Shown here: one piece after another, positions 41,369-51,077 of the stretch
Numbering within the stretch: the stretch's first letter is position 1
How the letters are laid out: every line of letters begins with the position of its first letter
Assembly (NCBI GenBank): GCA_963675295.2
Contig: CAXXKJ010000002.1
Span: forward strand, 4,352,001 to 4,416,000
DNA from: a bacterium
Lineage (GTDB): Bacteria; Electryoneota; Electryoneia; Electryoneales; Electryoneaceae
Length of the DNA: 64,000 nt
Direction of reading: 5' to 3'
The notes under the pieces: model-generated
The model's input: only the letters and a program-made list of their open reading frames with translations
The model's database searches: none
What the model was told of the DNA's origin: nothing
Translations under genes and position numbers: made by a program

Positions 41369-42277
41369 TTATTCCGTATATCTCCCTGGCACACCAGTTA
41401 AAATACTATCGAAATCAACTGCAGTTTCGTCATCCTTGAAAAGAGTATCCTCTAAGTTCAACGCATATGTTCCGATTTCTACCAATCTGTATAGCTTATT
41501 AAACGATTTATAATATACTCCCAAATTTTTATTAATAGTTATGTTTTGTATTGTTCGATCATATTCATTTAACATTGCGGCTTCATAGGCGCTTATCAAA
41601 CGATCATGTAACCTTTTCTCGTTATATTCCATTATAAATAACATTTTTTCACTAGTTAAAACAACAATAGAATCTACATATAATATTAGATTTTCTTCCT
41701 GTATGTTAATGCTATCTGAATTTATATCTGGGAGACTAAGAGCGTACTCTGCAATCTTCATAATTCTGTAATCACAATTATTATTACAACTATACTCTAT
41801 TACCTTGCTGAGTCTACTCTCCAAGTCTTTTATTCTACGATTTGCATATTCTTTTATTATCCATTCTTCATAATGTGTAATTAAATTATTTTTTTGTCTA
41901 ATATTAGCGTTTAATATTAGCTTACGTAGACCTCTCTTGGCAACAAGCTTCCTTACATCAATGCTATCATATTTATACGTCACTATTAGACAATCAAGTA
42001 TATCATTATTCATAAGTGAGTCTTCTTTATCTATAAATTCCTTCTCCAAATCCATAATTTCACGTTTTCTACTCGATATGTGGTCACTAGATAAATAATA
42101 CCACATATATATCCCCCCAAAAAGAAACATTATAAATAATATTCCTTTAAATATTTGTATAGTCTTGCCATCACCATCATTGCTTGAAAAAATACTACCC
42201 AAAATAAGTATAAATAGTAGGAAATATGCTGCCTGCTCTACCCAACCAGCAGAAACTAACAATACAATACTGATCAT
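41369..42277 (-). CDS. AT-rich hypothetical membrane-anchored protein
   Basis: Long ORF in very AT-rich DNA; RBS GGAGGAG; N-terminal TM helices. Confidence 0.65.
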   Translation of the reverse strand: MISIVLLVSAGWVEQAAYFLLFILILGSIFSSNDGDGKTIQIFKGILFIMFLFGGIYMWYYLSSDHISSRKREIMDLEKEFIDKEDSLMNNDILDCLIVTYKYDSIDVRKLVAKRGLRKLILNANIRQKNNLITHYEEWIIKEYANRRIKDLESRLSKVIEYSCNNNCDYRIMKIAEYALSLPDINSDSINIQEENLILYVDSIVVLTSEKMLFIMEYNEKRLHDRLISAYEAAMLNEYDRTIQNITINKNLGVYYKSFNKLYRLVEIGTYALNLEDTLFKDDETAVDFDSILTGVPGRYTE

Positions 42278-42302
42278 GTGAAACTCCTCCTCATCATCAG
42301 CT

Positions 42303-42827
42303 CTATAGACCAAGCAGGAAATTTCCAAAACGGTCACTACTTTCGGTTAATCTGTACATTAACTCAATGAATGGAGGATAATTATCAATTTCTTCTGGAT
42401 AATTTTTTATTAACCAAATAACATTATCAATATTTTGAATATTAATAGCCTCTATAAACATTTTATCTATCCATTCTGATTTTTTATTATTTGGAATACT
42501 ATTAATATGAACATTACGTTGATGAAAATACCATGTATCGCCACTGGATTCTAACATATCATCTACTATATCATTCCAAGCATCATCAAAACTATAAAGA
42601 ACTCTAGTTGCAAAATAGTATACGTGCATAGCATTATCATTAAATATAAAATCCAAATGATTTATTTGTTTCAATTCATTATAGTATTTCTGCAGGTTTG
42701 CTGATGCCATTGATTCAAGAGCTGAGAACAATTCAGCATCACCACATTTTGCACACCATCCAGCTCCACAGTGGTCACGTTCCGCCCACTTTAAGAGAAA
42801 CGATTTTAGTCTATTCTCCTCTTCCAT
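42303..42827 (-). CDS. AT-rich hypothetical protein
   Basis: RBS GAGGTG; N-terminal C-x4-C-x2-C. Confidence 0.65.
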   Translation of the reverse strand: MEEENRLKSFLLKWAERDHCGAGWCAKCGDAELFSALESMASANLQKYYNELKQINHLDFIFNDNAMHVYYFATRVLYSFDDAWNDIVDDMLESSGDTWYFHQRNVHINSIPNNKKSEWIDKMFIEAINIQNIDNVIWLIKNYPEEIDNYPPFIELMYRLTESSDRFGNFLLGL

Positions 42828-42888
42828 AGCTCACCTCAGAAGCACAATCCCCACCCCAGATTGAGGTGGGGATAGAGAACTCATCTGA

Positions 42889-44064
42889 CTACACCATCTC
42901 GACTGCCAATGCTGTTGCTTCGCCGCCACCGTTGCAGAGGGAGGCGATACCGCGCTTCTTGCCTTCCTGCTTCAGGGTGTGGAGCAGGGTGACGAGGATA
43001 CGCGCACCAGACGCCCCGATCGGGTGGCCCAACGCGACCGCGCCGCCGCGCACGTTGACATTGCTGCCGTCCAGCCCGAGCTCGTGGTTGTTGTACAGGG
43101 AAACGACCGCGAACGCTTCGTTGATCTCGAAGAAGTCTACGTCCTTGATGTCCCAGTTGATCTTCTTGAGCAGCTTCTTGATCGCGCCCTGCGGAGCGGT
43201 GGTGAAGTATTCCGGCTTCTGGGAATGGGTTGCCCAGCCGACGATCCGTGCGAGCGGGGTCTTGCCGTTGGCGGCGGCCCAGTCGGGATCGGCGACAATC
43301 AGCGCGGCGGCGCCGTCATTGATCGACGAAGCGTTTGCGGCGGTGACGGTACCTTCCTTGGTGAACGCTGGCCGCAGGCTCGGGATCTTGTCCGGACGGC
43401 CGCGTCCCGGTTCCTCATCCTTGTCAATGATGATGTCGCCCTTTTTGTGCGGGATGGTCACCGGCACAATTTCTTCCTTGAAGTGACCGGCTTCAATCGA
43501 ATCCATCGCACGCTTGTACGATTCAATCGTGAACTCGTCCTGCTGTTCACGGGTGATCTTGTTTTCGGAGGCGCACAGTTCGGCGCACATGCCCATGTGC
43601 TGATTCGTGTATGGATCCCAGAGGCCGTCGTGGACCATCAGGTCGACGACATCGCCGTGACCGTAGCGGTAGCCGGTGCGGGCGTTCGGCAGCATGTACG
43701 GGACACGGGTCATGTTTTCCATCCCGCCCGCGGCCATGACCTGGTTCTCGCCGAGCATGATCGAGCCAGCGGCTTCCATCACCGCCTTGAGACCGGAGGA
43801 GCAGACCTTGTTCAGCGTCCACGCCGACTTGTCGTCGGGGATGCCGGCCTTCTTGGCGGCCTGACGTGCCGGGGCCTGGCCCACGCCGGCCTGCAGCACC
43901 ATGCCCATGATGACTTCGTCCACCTGGTCGGGGTTGATCGCGGCCTTGGTCATCGCGCTCATCAGCGCCGCGCCGCCGAGTTGTACCGCCGGGATGTTCG
44001 CGAACGCGCCCTGGAAGGAACCGATCGCCGTACGAGTTGCGGAAAGGATCACCGCGTCTTTCAT
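42889..44064 (-). CDS. Acetyl-CoA C-acetyltransferase (thiolase)
   Basis: NKVCSSG, EINEAFA, GHPIGASG and CNGGG motifs. Confidence 0.95.
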   Translation of the reverse strand: MKDAVILSATRTAIGSFQGAFANIPAVQLGGAALMSAMTKAAINPDQVDEVIMGMVLQAGVGQAPARQAAKKAGIPDDKSAWTLNKVCSSGLKAVMEAAGSIMLGENQVMAAGGMENMTRVPYMLPNARTGYRYGHGDVVDLMVHDGLWDPYTNQHMGMCAELCASENKITREQQDEFTIESYKRAMDSIEAGHFKEEIVPVTIPHKKGDIIIDKDEEPGRGRPDKIPSLRPAFTKEGTVTAANASSINDGAAALIVADPDWAAANGKTPLARIVGWATHSQKPEYFTTAPQGAIKKLLKKINWDIKDVDFFEINEAFAVVSLYNNHELGLDGSNVNVRGGAVALGHPIGASGARILVTLLHTLKQEGKKRGIASLCNGGGEATALAVEMV

Positions 44065-44377
44065 GGATCACTCCTGGTTGGATGGAATTATGGTCTATGC
44101 TCTATCGCTTATGGTCTGTGGTTCTTGGTCTCAAGTCTCTCGTCAGTCGTTCTGGCTGTGGGCTATGAGCAGTCTTTTACCACGGACTTAAGTCCGTGGT
44201 AAGCTGTATAATCCCAGCACCCATTACCCGGCGACCGACGAAACGCATTTCCGCCTTCACGTTGACGCCTTTTTTTCGTCAGCGGTCTTTGCCGAAAGAC
44301 AAGAGACCAGAGACGAAAGACCGCCATGTTCAATGTATTCACAAGTCCAGGGACAGTTCCGCGCCTGCCTCCGGTGC

Positions 44378-45298
44378 TCAATAATACACTTCGGTGTGGA
44401 TGGTGCCGGCGGGATCCTGCCAGCGTGGGACGAGGCCGTGTGGCATCAATTCCCCCTCGACCGCCGCGATCATCGTGGCGTTCCCACAGAGATACGCATG
44501 GCATCGGGAAAGATCAAGTTCCGGGCGCTCGAAGTCCCCGGTTTTTCTCAGGATGGCTCGCACAACCTCGGTCACCCGTCCCCGTTGCCCATTCCAGCTG
44601 GACGCTTCCGGTTCACGGGACAGGGTCGGGATGTAGGTAACGCGGAATCGTGGGTCGGAGGCGACCTGTTCAATCTCCTCACGGCAGGCGAGCAACGCTT
44701 CGTGCCGGGTGCCGTGGATCAGCACCAGTTGCCGCCAAGGCACATCCACGTGCCCGTGTCCGCTTGCGGACGCGGATTCGATCCCCTCGCCCGTTGCGGC
44801 CACACGGCTGAAGTTTTCGAGAATCGACATGAACGGCGCGAGGCCGGTACCGGTGGCGACGAACAGGATGTCGGGTTTCTCCTCGCCGGATTCATCAACA
44901 CAGTGGAGATCATGGGCGTGGGAATACACCGTGTTGATCGCGTCGAGGGTGAAATGTCCGCGTGCTTCGGGGTCGACATACAGCCGGTCGCCGGGCTGAA
45001 GTTCCCACAGCCAGCGGGTGAGTTGGCCTTCCTCGACCTTGTTGAAGAAGAACTTCAGCGTCTCGCCGCCGGGGGCGGAACAGATCGAGTAGGCGCGCCG
45101 CACGACGCCGTCCTTGACAAACTCATCCCCGGACGGTCCCCGGTTGCCGGCGCCAGCTTTCGGCAGGCCCATCTCGGTCCACTGGCCGGCGGTAAACTGG
45201 ACAGGGGTGTCCGGCCGCACGGTGAACACCGTGTGGGACTTGTCCAGGTCACGCCGCTGAACCAGCGTGGCGTTACGAACGTCGTCTGTGGGCGACAT
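44378..45298 (-). CDS. fpr: Ferredoxin/flavodoxin-NADP+ reductase family protein with insertions
   Basis: RRAYSI, ATGTGLAPF, YLCGN motifs; aromatic C-terminus. Confidence 0.8.
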   Translation of the reverse strand: MSPTDDVRNATLVQRRDLDKSHTVFTVRPDTPVQFTAGQWTEMGLPKAGAGNRGPSGDEFVKDGVVRRAYSICSAPGGETLKFFFNKVEEGQLTRWLWELQPGDRLYVDPEARGHFTLDAINTVYSHAHDLHCVDESGEEKPDILFVATGTGLAPFMSILENFSRVAATGEGIESASASGHGHVDVPWRQLVLIHGTRHEALLACREEIEQVASDPRFRVTYIPTLSREPEASSWNGQRGRVTEVVRAILRKTGDFERPELDLSRCHAYLCGNATMIAAVEGELMPHGLVPRWQDPAGTIHTEVYY

Positions 45299-45610
45299 CG
45301 GGCGAACTCAGGAAATTGGTTCCGGGGGACAGAGTCAAGATACGAATGTGGCGCTGATTCGCCTCAACTGAGAAGCGGGGTTGTGTGGCTCGTGATGGCA
45401 GTGTCCGGGCTGCAGACTGCGGGCTACGGTCGGTGAGTGATGGACACTGGGGTGTCATGCTGAATGGAACGAAGAGGAATAAAGCGTCTGGTCAACGAAC
45501 AATCCACCGCCAGTCACATCCGGGAAACGTCTCCGGTCACTTTCGCCAGACCCTTCCGGCTGCGCCGTCAGGGTGACACACACTCACTGGCTGATCAACA
45601 CAAAGCACCG

Positions 45611-46759
45611 TCAGGGTGCCACATGCTCGGCCATTTTCTCCACACGTTCGACACCCATCTCCGCCATATCATCGAAGAAGCGGTCCGGCTGCGGCAGCAT
45701 CGCCATGTAGTGCACGCCGCGTTGCCGGATGCGTCCGTCCAGCAGCTGCTTGATGTACGCCACCACCGGAATCGCGGTGAAGTCGTAGGCGTCGTCGTGA
45801 CGGATGGCGAAGTGAATCGACTTGCGCCCCTTGCCGATCGGCCCGGCGGCGTCGATCTGCAGCACGGTGCCGAACGGCGGCTTCGGGAAACGTTGCGTGC
45901 TCCACGCCAGCAGATTACCCCATTTATGGTCGGGGATCTGCGGCAGCAGCTTGATCCCGGCGAACAGCAACGGGCCAATCACATAATTGGTGACCGGATT
46001 GAAGCCGCCGATGAGAAAGCTGAGCTCACGCAGGCTGGGGATGGATTCCGGCAGGTAGAGGATCTCGTGCAGGTCCATAGGAGAAACGTATTGCGTGCCG
46101 ACACCGAAGGGGAACTGAACCTTGGCGTACGCGTCGCTGGACGTCAACTTGATCGTCTCCCAGTCACCGTTACGAAACAGCTTCGGGTGATAATCACGCA
46201 GCAGATCGAGCAGTTCCGGCGCGCCGCTGCTGGCGGGCAGACCGGCTTCCGGGTTGAGCCATCCGGACACCCGCGCACGGTCGATCTTCTTGATGCGTTT
46301 TTGTGCCCAACGGACCATCGCGGCGGGGACACCGGGGTGAAAACCGCCCTGAGTCGCGAATGTCAGGTGCGCGGCGGTGATGGCGTCATTGTGCGACGCG
46401 ACAGTGTTGTGTGCGGAAATCGGGAGCTGGATGTCCACCCAGTGGGTTTTGGTTTCGATGCAGGCGGTGATCAGCGTGTGCAGGGTGGTGGAATTCAAGG
46501 CAGGTCCGGCCTGGACAAACACGCGTGCGCCTTTCAGCACCGGCCGCACGGTATCGGGTGTGATCTCGCCCAATTCGACGGCGTCGACACGGTCGCCGTC
46601 GTGCACGTCGTTGAGCAGTACCATCAGCTCTTCGGCGCGTCGCAGGGACCGGCTGGCGACGGTGATGGTGACATCAGTGTGGTTGAGCAGGTAGTGGCAG
46701 ATCGCGCGTCCGGCATGACCCGTCGCGCCGAACACAAACACTCGTTTCGGTTTCATCAC
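45611..46759 (-). CDS. Saccharopine dehydrogenase-like NAD(P)-dependent oxidoreductase
   Basis: FGATGHAG, AGP and GGFHPG motifs. Confidence 0.75.
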   Translation of the reverse strand: MMKPKRVFVFGATGHAGRAICHYLLNHTDVTITVASRSLRRAEELMVLLNDVHDGDRVDAVELGEITPDTVRPVLKGARVFVQAGPALNSTTLHTLITACIETKTHWVDIQLPISAHNTVASHNDAITAAHLTFATQGGFHPGVPAAMVRWAQKRIKKIDRARVSGWLNPEAGLPASSGAPELLDLLRDYHPKLFRNGDWETIKLTSSDAYAKVQFPFGVGTQYVSPMDLHEILYLPESIPSLRELSFLIGGFNPVTNYVIGPLLFAGIKLLPQIPDHKWGNLLAWSTQRFPKPPFGTVLQIDAAGPIGKGRKSIHFAIRHDDAYDFTAIPVVAYIKQLLDGRIRQRGVHYMAMLPQPDRFFDDMAEMGVERVEKMAEHVAP

Positions 46760-46858
46760 AGTCCCCCCTGTGGTGACGGAAGATACGACGGGAACGTCTC
46801 ACGTCTCTGGTCGGTCGTCTCTCGTCACGGATTCAGCGGAGCGGAAGGAAACGGCTTG

Positions 46859-48385
46859 TCATGGCTGGAGCTTGGTGAAGGTAAATGATCCCAGCCCCAT
46901 ATTCCGGCTGCCATTCGGTCCGCCGGGCGGGACTGTTGGTGGTGCAACACCGACGTGCAGCTCAAACGTGTACTCCCCCGGCGGTGCGGCTGCGGGGATA
47001 TCCAGCGGGACATTAGGACGGTAGAACGTTCCGCCCGGTTGCATGGTAACGGCAATCTGTTGCAGCGGATACGTATTTCCAGCTGGTGTGATGACCGTCG
47101 CCCAGACGTCGAGCGGCGTTGGATCGAGGAGGATGTTGCTGACATAGGCGCGGTAGTGCATCCTCCGGCCTTGTGGCGGAACGATCTGCACGTACGGATC
47201 GAGCAACACCTCTATTTCTGGCTCCCACTTCATCAATGCCAGATTCTGAGAGTTTTGGCCGAGATTCTCCCGTGGATACCAGGAAGCGATCATTGAACCA
47301 TCGCGTCCAAGATCAATTGAAGAGATGTCACCACCGAAAACATCGCTCATCCAGAGTAATTCACCTTCAGTGGATATCTTCAGCAACCAATTATGAACAT
47401 GGTGTTCACCATCTTCGGAATAGCCTCCGACAATGATATTGTCATCTGCCGCGAAGCAGAGTTCGATAGCTTCATCAAAACCATCAGTGGTTCCATTCGG
47501 GTTTGCGAATGTAACGGCCCAGATTACGGATCCATCTGGATTTCGTTTCGAAAGGTAAAAATCATAGTATGTTTCAAGGTTACGCAAAGATCCACAGCTA
47601 TACAGGTATCCATCTGCAGCCTCACGGATAGCCCGTGAACGACCTTCCACAGGTTCACCGGGCCTCATTTCGTCATTTGTCCACTCAACATCACCATTGG
47701 CATCCAGTTTATAGAAAACAGGGACGCGCTGTTCAATATCAGCATTCCAGTGGTCGGAACAGGTGACAAATCCGCCATCCGCCAAAGGTTCGATCCATTG
47801 GGGTTTGTACATTGAATCCTCGTCCGTCCATTGCCACATGAAATTCCCGTCCTCGTCGAAACGGAACGCGGTTCCGTTTGCGGAATAGCCAACTGCGATG
47901 TACCCCCCAGCCGGAACTTCGCGGACACAATAGAACAGTTCGCCGATGATCCAGCCAGGAATAACTGTCCGCCACTCTTCATTACCATCAGCGTCGAGTT
48001 TGCGGATGTAGGGATCGAATCCATTTCCCCAGACCTCGCCGCACTGAATGAACCCACCGTCGCTGGTTGGCTCGATGTAGTGCGCGCCATCAGTGGAAGG
48101 TGATCCCTCGATATGCAGCCAGATCTCATCGCCGCTCTGATCAAGTCGGGCAGTCCAATACTGAATATTCTCTCCGTAATAATCGACTGATCCTGTGGCG
48201 ATGTAACCTCCATCCGGCAAGGCGCGGACAGCTTCCATGTACTCGTAGTCTGATCCATAATCCCAAGTCTTTGTCCACAGCGTGTCGGGAGGTTGGGCGA
48301 TGGCGGTGGATATGATCAGCAGGGGGAGAGCGATCAGGGCGAGTGTGAGGAAACGGCGTGTCCGGGTCGGAAATTGGCGTGTCAT
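46859..48385 (-). CDS. Secreted beta-propeller-like repeat protein, paralog of 21397-23001, no T9SS CTD
   Basis: IA-QPPDTLWTKTWDY; same blades and near-identical C-terminal domain. Confidence 0.72.
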   Translation of the reverse strand: MTRQFPTRTRRFLTLALIALPLLIISTAIAQPPDTLWTKTWDYGSDYEYMEAVRALPDGGYIATGSVDYYGENIQYWTARLDQSGDEIWLHIEGSPSTDGAHYIEPTSDGGFIQCGEVWGNGFDPYIRKLDADGNEEWRTVIPGWIIGELFYCVREVPAGGYIAVGYSANGTAFRFDEDGNFMWQWTDEDSMYKPQWIEPLADGGFVTCSDHWNADIEQRVPVFYKLDANGDVEWTNDEMRPGEPVEGRSRAIREAADGYLYSCGSLRNLETYYDFYLSKRNPDGSVIWAVTFANPNGTTDGFDEAIELCFAADDNIIVGGYSEDGEHHVHNWLLKISTEGELLWMSDVFGGDISSIDLGRDGSMIASWYPRENLGQNSQNLALMKWEPEIEVLLDPYVQIVPPQGRRMHYRAYVSNILLDPTPLDVWATVITPAGNTYPLQQIAVTMQPGGTFYRPNVPLDIPAAAPPGEYTFELHVGVAPPTVPPGGPNGSRNMGLGSFTFTKLQP

Positions 48386-48784
48386 TGGACACCTCGGTGG
48401 ATTCGAGAGATATGGCAATATACGATGGGAGGATGGACAATTTGATGCCCGCGGAAGGTTTCCTGCCGCGGATTGATGGAGGGTGGATAACCCGCGGTAG
48501 CGAACAGAAGCTCCCGCGGGCATCGGGGATAGGCAGGCGTCAGGCGGGTATCGCGGTGCCAAAATGATTCGGAGACAGCTGTGCTTCCGCAGCACTGTCA
48601 TCCGGAGTTCTGACCGGCGGATGATCCCGACGAGCTTTTCTGCAGTCGGGGCACATGACTATCCCAGAGCAACACGGCCGCGTTTGCATCTTCTGCAACA
48701 CGACCACACTCTCTGTCGTCCGCAGCCCGTAGCCCGTAGCCCGTAGCCCGCAGTCTCAGGACTCACGACTCAGGACTGGTTTTC

Positions 48785-49822
48785 TTACCAATAACTCTCG
48801 AAATGGAAATTGCCGGGGGTATTCGTCGTGTGGCGGGTGAAGCCCTGCGCCTCGAACATCTCGCGCAAGCTCTGGATCATCTCCGGGTTGCCGCAGAGGT
48901 AGATGTGCGTGTCCTCGGGACGGATGCTGCGTCCGTTGGTCAGTTCGGCGTAACGATCCGGTTCGAGCAACGGTTGCAGACGGCCAACGTGGCCGGTCCA
49001 GCCCGCTTCCGGGCGGGGACGGGTGACTGTCGGGATGTAGGTGAACCGGAAGCCGTCGAGGGCGGCGAGGGCGGCGAGTTCGTCCCGGTAGGCCAGGTCC
49101 TCGGCGTGCCGCACGCTGTGCAGCAGGGTTGCGGACGCCCACGACGGATCACTGCCCTCGCTGTCACGCAGCATGCTCATGTACGGCGCGAGGCCGGTGC
49201 CGGTGGCGATGAAGATCAGGTGCGGATGGAAGGTTGGCCAGTCGTGGGTAAAACTGGATGTGCCCGTGTCCGCTTGCGGACGCGGATGATCCACATCATG
49301 AATGTCGTGGGCATGTTCACTATCAACAGTACTCGATGTGCCCGTGTCCGCTTGCGGACGCGGACGATCCACATCATGAGTGTCGTGGGCATGTGCTGAT
49401 GTGCCCGTGTCACGTACACCTGTGGTGTCTTCGAGGGCGGCGGCGAGGGTGAATCGTCCCCGGACACGCGGGTTGACATGCACACGTGCGCCTTCGTCCA
49501 AGCGCCACAACTGCGGCGTAAACTCACCACGCGGCACCAGATTGAGTAGCAGTTCGAATCGATCTCGCCGTTTCGGTGAGCTGGCGATCGAGTAGGAACG
49601 GCGGATCAGTTCGTTCTGCACGAAGCGGGTGCTGTCGAGTTGCACGGACTGGTGCAGCGTCGACCGGGTCTGCAGCGCGATATCGATGTACTGCCCGGCC
49701 TCGAACGGCGGCAGCTCCCAGCCATTGAGGGCGATGGTGAGCGACGTGAGGCCGTCGTTGAGGTCGCGGCGTTGCACGATGGTCCCATTCAGCGGGAGGC
49801 CGGAGGTGTTCGGGCCGCGCAT
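48785..49822 (-). CDS. fpr: Ferredoxin/flavodoxin-NADP+ reductase family protein with repetitive His-rich insertion
   Basis: RRSYSIAS, ATGTGLAPY, YLCGNPEMI motifs; C-terminal ESYW. Confidence 0.8.
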   Translation of the reverse strand: MRGPNTSGLPLNGTIVQRRDLNDGLTSLTIALNGWELPPFEAGQYIDIALQTRSTLHQSVQLDSTRFVQNELIRRSYSIASSPKRRDRFELLLNLVPRGEFTPQLWRLDEGARVHVNPRVRGRFTLAAALEDTTGVRDTGTSAHAHDTHDVDRPRPQADTGTSSTVDSEHAHDIHDVDHPRPQADTGTSSFTHDWPTFHPHLIFIATGTGLAPYMSMLRDSEGSDPSWASATLLHSVRHAEDLAYRDELAALAALDGFRFTYIPTVTRPRPEAGWTGHVGRLQPLLEPDRYAELTNGRSIRPEDTHIYLCGNPEMIQSLREMFEAQGFTRHTTNTPGNFHFESYW

Positions 49823-49959
49823 GCTGTCACGGTTGACCGATGAAAACGACGATGGTTGGTAGTTGATCGGCATAAGGCTCACAGCAAAGACAAAGCGGGG
49901 ACACCCGCGCAATCGCGGACATGCCCCCTGGAATCAACGAATGAGTTGTGTCGTCCGGC

Positions 49960-50835
49960 TTACTTGACCGGAGTGTAATCGTTGCCGTCCATGTCGAACG
50001 GTTCGAGGTTGTGCCGGCCCTTCTCGTTGACGACGAGGTGCCCGACCTTTTCCGCCTTGCGGGCGCTGTGTTCAAACACCATCAGCCACCCCTTTTCCGC
50101 CGCTTCCTTCATGTGCGGCTGCTTGTACTTCATGGTCTGCTCGGGGTAGAGATCGTACGCCATCACGAACGGCGCCGGCAGATGGCTCGCAGTCGGGATC
50201 AGGTCGCCGTTGTGGACAGCGGTGAAGCCGTTGGATTCGACGAACACGACCTGGTGAAACTCGGTGTGGCCGCCGGTGATGCGCACCGAGATGCCGGGCA
50301 GAATTTCCTGGTCGCCGTCAATCAGCTGCAACTGGCCGGATTCAGACAGCGGGTTGAGGTTTTCCGGCTTGTAGCTGCGGCGGTCGCGCAGGTTCGGGTT
50401 GTTCGCGACTTCCCACTCGCCGCGTTGGGCGTAGTAGGTGGCGTTCGGGAACTGCGTCTTGAGCTGGCCGTCGTTGTCAATGTAGGTCCCCCCGCCCGCG
50501 TGATCGAAATGCAGGTGGGTGTAGATGACATGGGTGATGTCTTCCTTCATCAGGTCAACGCGTGCGAGGTCGGTGATCAGGGTGCGCGGCTCGTCCACGG
50601 CGAACATGTCGCGTTCCTTGTCGCTCCATTTTCCGCCGCAGCCGGTGTCGATGAGCACGTTCGCGTCGCCGGTTTTCACCAGCAGGGTGTTGCAGGCGAG
50701 CGCGATCCGGTTCTGGTCGTCCGGCGGATCAGACTTGGCCCACATGACGCGTGGGACGACGCCGAACATCGCGCCACCATCGAGACGGAATCCCCCATCC
50801 TCAATCAAAAACAGCTCTTTATCCCCGAATTTCAT
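49960..50835 (-). CDS. MBL-fold metallo-hydrolase (YtnP-like)
   Basis: FRLDGGAMFGVVP, THLHFDHAGG and GGHT motifs. Confidence 0.9.
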   Translation of the reverse strand: MKFGDKELFLIEDGGFRLDGGAMFGVVPRVMWAKSDPPDDQNRIALACNTLLVKTGDANVLIDTGCGGKWSDKERDMFAVDEPRTLITDLARVDLMKEDITHVIYTHLHFDHAGGGTYIDNDGQLKTQFPNATYYAQRGEWEVANNPNLRDRRSYKPENLNPLSESGQLQLIDGDQEILPGISVRITGGHTEFHQVVFVESNGFTAVHNGDLIPTASHLPAPFVMAYDLYPEQTMKYKQPHMKEAAEKGWLMVFEHSARKAEKVGHLVVNEKGRHNLEPFDMDGNDYTPVK

Positions 50836-51077
50836 CGGTTCCTCGTGCAAAAGTTGGGCTTGTCGAACAATGGGTGACAAGTAAGTGGTTATGCGGGTTG
50901 GATGCCAGAGACGGCGAGGAGTTTCGCCTCTCAACGGTGTGTACAGAACTCGAACACTGGACACGCACGGAATTTGCATGTATATCTGGAGAGCAAACAG
51001 TAACGTGGGCGCGCATTTAGCCGTCCATTGGTTGTACCATCCGGGCGTATCGGATGGATTTGCATGAGGTAAGCTGC

